DNA of 59,602 nucleotides, the filler included, from Stramenopiles sp. TOSAG23-6 (taxonomy: Eukaryota): NCBI GenBank assembly GCA_900128565.1. It is 10 parts of 10 records of this genome, joined end to end, with 100 filler letters (N's around TTAATTAATTAA, not from the genome) between each part and the next. Parts side by side here need not be neighbours in the genome. Positions count along the whole stretch, not along the records: positions 53,758 to 59,602 come from LT636815.1; 9 more parts are not named here. One strand, 5' to 3'. Every line of letters starts with the position of its first letter. Within the stretch, counting starts at the first letter, position 1. Position numbers and translations under genes: made by a program. A model generated the notes under the pieces. It was not told the DNA's origin. It worked only from the letters and a program-made list of their open reading frames with translations, and made no database searches. Shown one piece after another: positions 59,110 to 59,602 of this stretch.

Positions 59110-59602
59110 ATTTTTTATTTATTATTATTTTTCCTTTTTTTTTATTTTTTTAATTTTTTATACTGTATGGACACAACCACCATACATTCATTTATTTTCT
59201 CTCTTTGGAACATTCCCCCCACCACCACTTTTTTTTTATTTTTTATTATTATTTTTCCTTTTTTTTTTATTTTTTTATTTTTTTATACTGTATGGACACA
59301 ACCACCATACATTCATTTATTTTCTCTCTTTGGNNNNNNNNNNNNNNNNNNNNNNNNNNNNNTCCCCACCAACTCTTTATTTTTTGTTTTATTTTTCCCT
59401 CTTTTTTTATTGTTATTTTTCATAATGTATGGACACAACCACCATACATTCATTTATTTTCTCTCTTTGGAACATCTCCTACATAAAAAAGGTTTTCCTT
59501 GTTATATTATTATTTTTCCTTTTTTGTTCACAATATATGATACAGCCATCATACATTCAATTTTTTTTCACTGCAGGAACTGCCCCCATCATTGCCAACA
59601 TC
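59110..59602. repeat. Degenerate tandem repeat with a period of about 125-135 bp
   Basis: TGTATGGACACAACCACCATACATTCATTTATTTTCTCTCTTTGG at about 59164, 59289 and 59426, with a diverged copy at about 59535. Confidence 0.8.

Noticed and set aside
59110-59602. CRISPR-like or ncRNA array
   Set aside because: The intervening sequences are similar low-complexity T-tracts, the context is eukaryotic and no cas genes are present.

Overview
This window is eukaryotic, AT-rich draft-genome sequence. It is ten contigs of about 5.85-5.9 kb, sorted by decreasing length and joined by artificial 100-nt spacers (N-run/TTAATTAATTAA/N-run). Contigs 1, 3 and 4 are copies of one locus. Gene content includes a Sfi1-like repeat protein, TPR-TTL, CCDC24-like, RNF32-like, WDR55, Vps51, an aquaporin, a MATE transporter and a pyruvate kinase with a mitochondrial-type leader. 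This suggests a flagellated protist, possibly a stramenopile (inference). The main signal is a dispersed family of about 90-190 bp introner-like insertions, with more than 25 copies or fragments. Every complete copy lies in the sense orientation of its host gene. The consensus is NN|GTAYGTTTT...TTTCGTACGAAATTTTGTACCTAAC...TTGAAATATTTTTCCAAAATAC-NN|. Most complete copies do not end in AG: their last two bases repeat the last two bases of the upstream exon (mostly AT, also TT). Removing exactly GT...NN restores conserved motifs in pyruvate kinase, aquaporin, CCDC24-like and an F-box/Sel1 protein, whereas the nearest AG gives a frameshift in several of these. Ordinary GT-AG introns occur on the same contigs. 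Secondary points are a one-exon-per-LRR Skp1-like gene, a signal-peptide ankyrin-RING protein, a probable pseudo-TTL, telomere-type CCCTAA repeats read as Asn-Pro, and gene chimeras at element copies. All calls come from manual reading; no searches were run.
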